A DNA stretch of 64,000 nt, taken from positions 128,001 to 192,000 of the forward strand of contig CAVOKF010000005.1 of the NCBI GenBank assembly GCA_963696385.1, written 5' to 3'. Shown here piece after piece: positions 62,481 to 64,000 of this stretch. The translations under genes and the position numbers were made by a program. Position 1 is the stretch's first letter. Every line of letters starts with the position of its first letter. This DNA comes from an uncultured delta proteobacterium. Its GTDB lineage: Bacteria; Myxococcota_A; Polyangia; Polyangiales; Polyangiaceae. Under the pieces are notes generated by a model. It saw only the letters and a list, made by a program, of their open reading frames with translations. It was not told the origin of the DNA and searched no databases.

Positions 62481-64000
62481 TCATTGCCGACGAACGAACC
62501 AGTAGTGAAACGTCGTGATGGGGCCACCCAGCACGTGCAATTCGAGGCGCGTCCGGGGACCGCTGGCGCGCGCCGGGACGTCGAACCCGCGTTCGATCCA
62601 ATCGCTGTCGTCCGCATCGATACGCAAAACGGCTAGCGGCTCTCCGTTTGCGCTGACACGTACGGTCGTTCCCGTTCGCCCTTCGAACCTAACGATCCCG
62701 TACGCGTCGATGCCGGCTGGCAAATGGGCGATGAATCGCTCGAGCGTGCGGCCCGTGCGCCCGCCGTCGACGACAGTCGCTCCGTCGGGCGCAAGTCCCT
62801 GGCGCGCGATCTGCTCGCCGTCGTGCGCTCGGAACAGGTCGTATTCGTGCTCGGCTTCGCTCTCGAGGTCGGCCACGTCGAGTGCATCGATCAACTCTCC
62901 AGCTTGCGTCCAGGGTCGTTCGCCGCTTCCTAGCTTCGACCAGTCTGCTCGGTACGCACGCATCGTCTGACCACCCAAGATGGTCGAATCGGTAACCGTC
63001 GCTTCCTTCAATGGTTCGCCTAAACACATGTTCATCGCCATCCATTCGGGGTAAACGATGAAATGCGTGGGAAGGATCGAAGGCGCCTTGTCGGCGAGCC
63101 GCTCGTAGTGCTCCAGACGCGACCCGGCGCCGGCGACCCAATAGCGTGCCTCGTCTCGAGTCGTCAGGCCGACAATGTCGAACGTTCGTCGGTTGCTGTA
63201 GTACGCGATGGCCCCCGTATCATTGACGCCAATTCGGGCCTCTGCCGGCAGGTTGTCCCGCGCCCAGCGGCCGAGGGCCACTTGCTGGCGCGCAATCCCG
63301 CTCGCGGACTGACCGACGTCTTCGATGGACCACTCGAGTTTCGACGCGAACGACCCGACGAAAACGCCGCAAGCGATCCCTGTCGCGATCCGCCATCGCG
63401 ATCTGAACAGTCCTGCGACATCGCCGACAATGCGCGCCAGGCACGCGAGACCGATCATCCACCCCGTTGCGAACGGCCACAGGTACCGCAACCGGTTCCA
63501 GAGAAACGTCAGGTAGAAGCATGGGGCGAAGATGGTGAGCGCGAGCAGAACCACCGCGCTCGCGCGCCAGCGCCGGCGAGTCCGCAGGCCGAGGACTGCC
63601 ACTGCCGCCAAGCCAGCCAGAGCGAAGGGTGCCCCATGGTGAGGGATGAACTCCGCGGACCAGATCTCGCCGTCGAGGAGGGTGTCGACGAGCAACTTCG
63701 CGTTCTTCGCTACCGCTGCTGCGAGAACGGGCCCGGCGTAGTACGGGTTGCCCGGCAGCAATTTGACGATGGCCGTGGAGCTCCTGGGCGATCCGGTCAG
63801 CATCCAGAGCAGAAGCGGTCCGGCGGCCACGGCGACCAGTGCGGTGAGCGAGGCCGCACGCGAGCGCCACGGGCCGGCACGAGGAAAGCAGCCGAGTGTA
63901 GCGGCCACGAGCCCGGCGGTCACGGCGCCCTCAGGCCTGAAAAACGCGGCCATCCACGCAAGGGCGACGAGTTCCGCGGCGTCGCGGCGTGTGCGACCCT
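62481..64000 (-). CDS. Polytopic membrane protein, GT-C glycosyltransferase-like (5' end lies outside the window)
   Basis: RPEG, RYLWP, DTGAIAY...DIVGL; frame stays open to the window end. Confidence 0.55.
   Translation of the reverse strand, partial: GRTRRDAAELVALAWMAAFFRPEGAVTAGLVAATLGCFPRAGPWRSRAASLTALVAVAAGPLLLWMLTGSPRSSTAIVKLLPGNPYYAGPVLAAAVAKNAKLLVDTLLDGEIWSAEFIPHHGAPFALAGLAAVAVLGLRTRRRWRASAVVLLALTIFAPCFYLTFLWNRLRYLWPFATGWMIGLACLARIVGDVAGLFRSRWRIATGIACGVFVGSFASKLEWSIEDVGQSASGIARQQVALGRWARDNLPAEARIGVNDTGAIAYYSNRRTFDIVGLTTRDEARYWVAGAGSRLEHYERLADKAPSILPTHFIVYPEWMAMNMCLGEPLKEATVTDSTILGGQTMRAYRADWSKLGSGERPWTQAGELIDALDVADLESEAEHEYDLFRAHDGEQIARQGLAPDGATVVDGGRTGRTLERFIAHLPAGIDAYGIVRFEGRTGTTVRVSANGEPLAVLRIDADDSDWIERGFDVPARASGPRTRLELHVLGGPITTFHYWFVRRQ

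Overview
GC-rich bacterial chromosomal segment. The gene content points to Myxococcota, probably Polyangiaceae-like (inference): Ser/Thr kinase and FHA sigma54 activators, a PilZ protein, PrkA and many lipoproteins. About 50 mostly housekeeping or regulatory CDS: fadN/fadA, gstA, pxpABC, aat, uppS-cdsA, gdhA, uvrB, manC, atpF'FHAG, prkA, folK, cysQ. I found no rRNA, tRNA, CRISPR array, transposase or integrase. The most unusual locus is a three-gene cluster at 32093-37689 encoding NuoH-, NuoL- and NuoM-like complex I membrane subunits. Each is fused to a predicted extracytoplasmic domain (IPT+PDZ, PEGA, Ig-like) and appears to have lost the charged residues used for quinone coupling and proton pumping. 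No other nuo genes are in the window. Also notable: a hidden pgi 3' remnant upstream of that cluster, a sensorless histidine kinase with a degenerate ATPase domain downstream, a multi-hairpin intergenic element at about 56300-56490, a C7-cyclitol-kinase-like ROK gene, a ~46-aa insertion in AtpA, and three single-base frameshifts (fadN, a VWA gene, uvrB) that are probably assembly errors. All family calls come from recognising motifs by eye; no database search was run.
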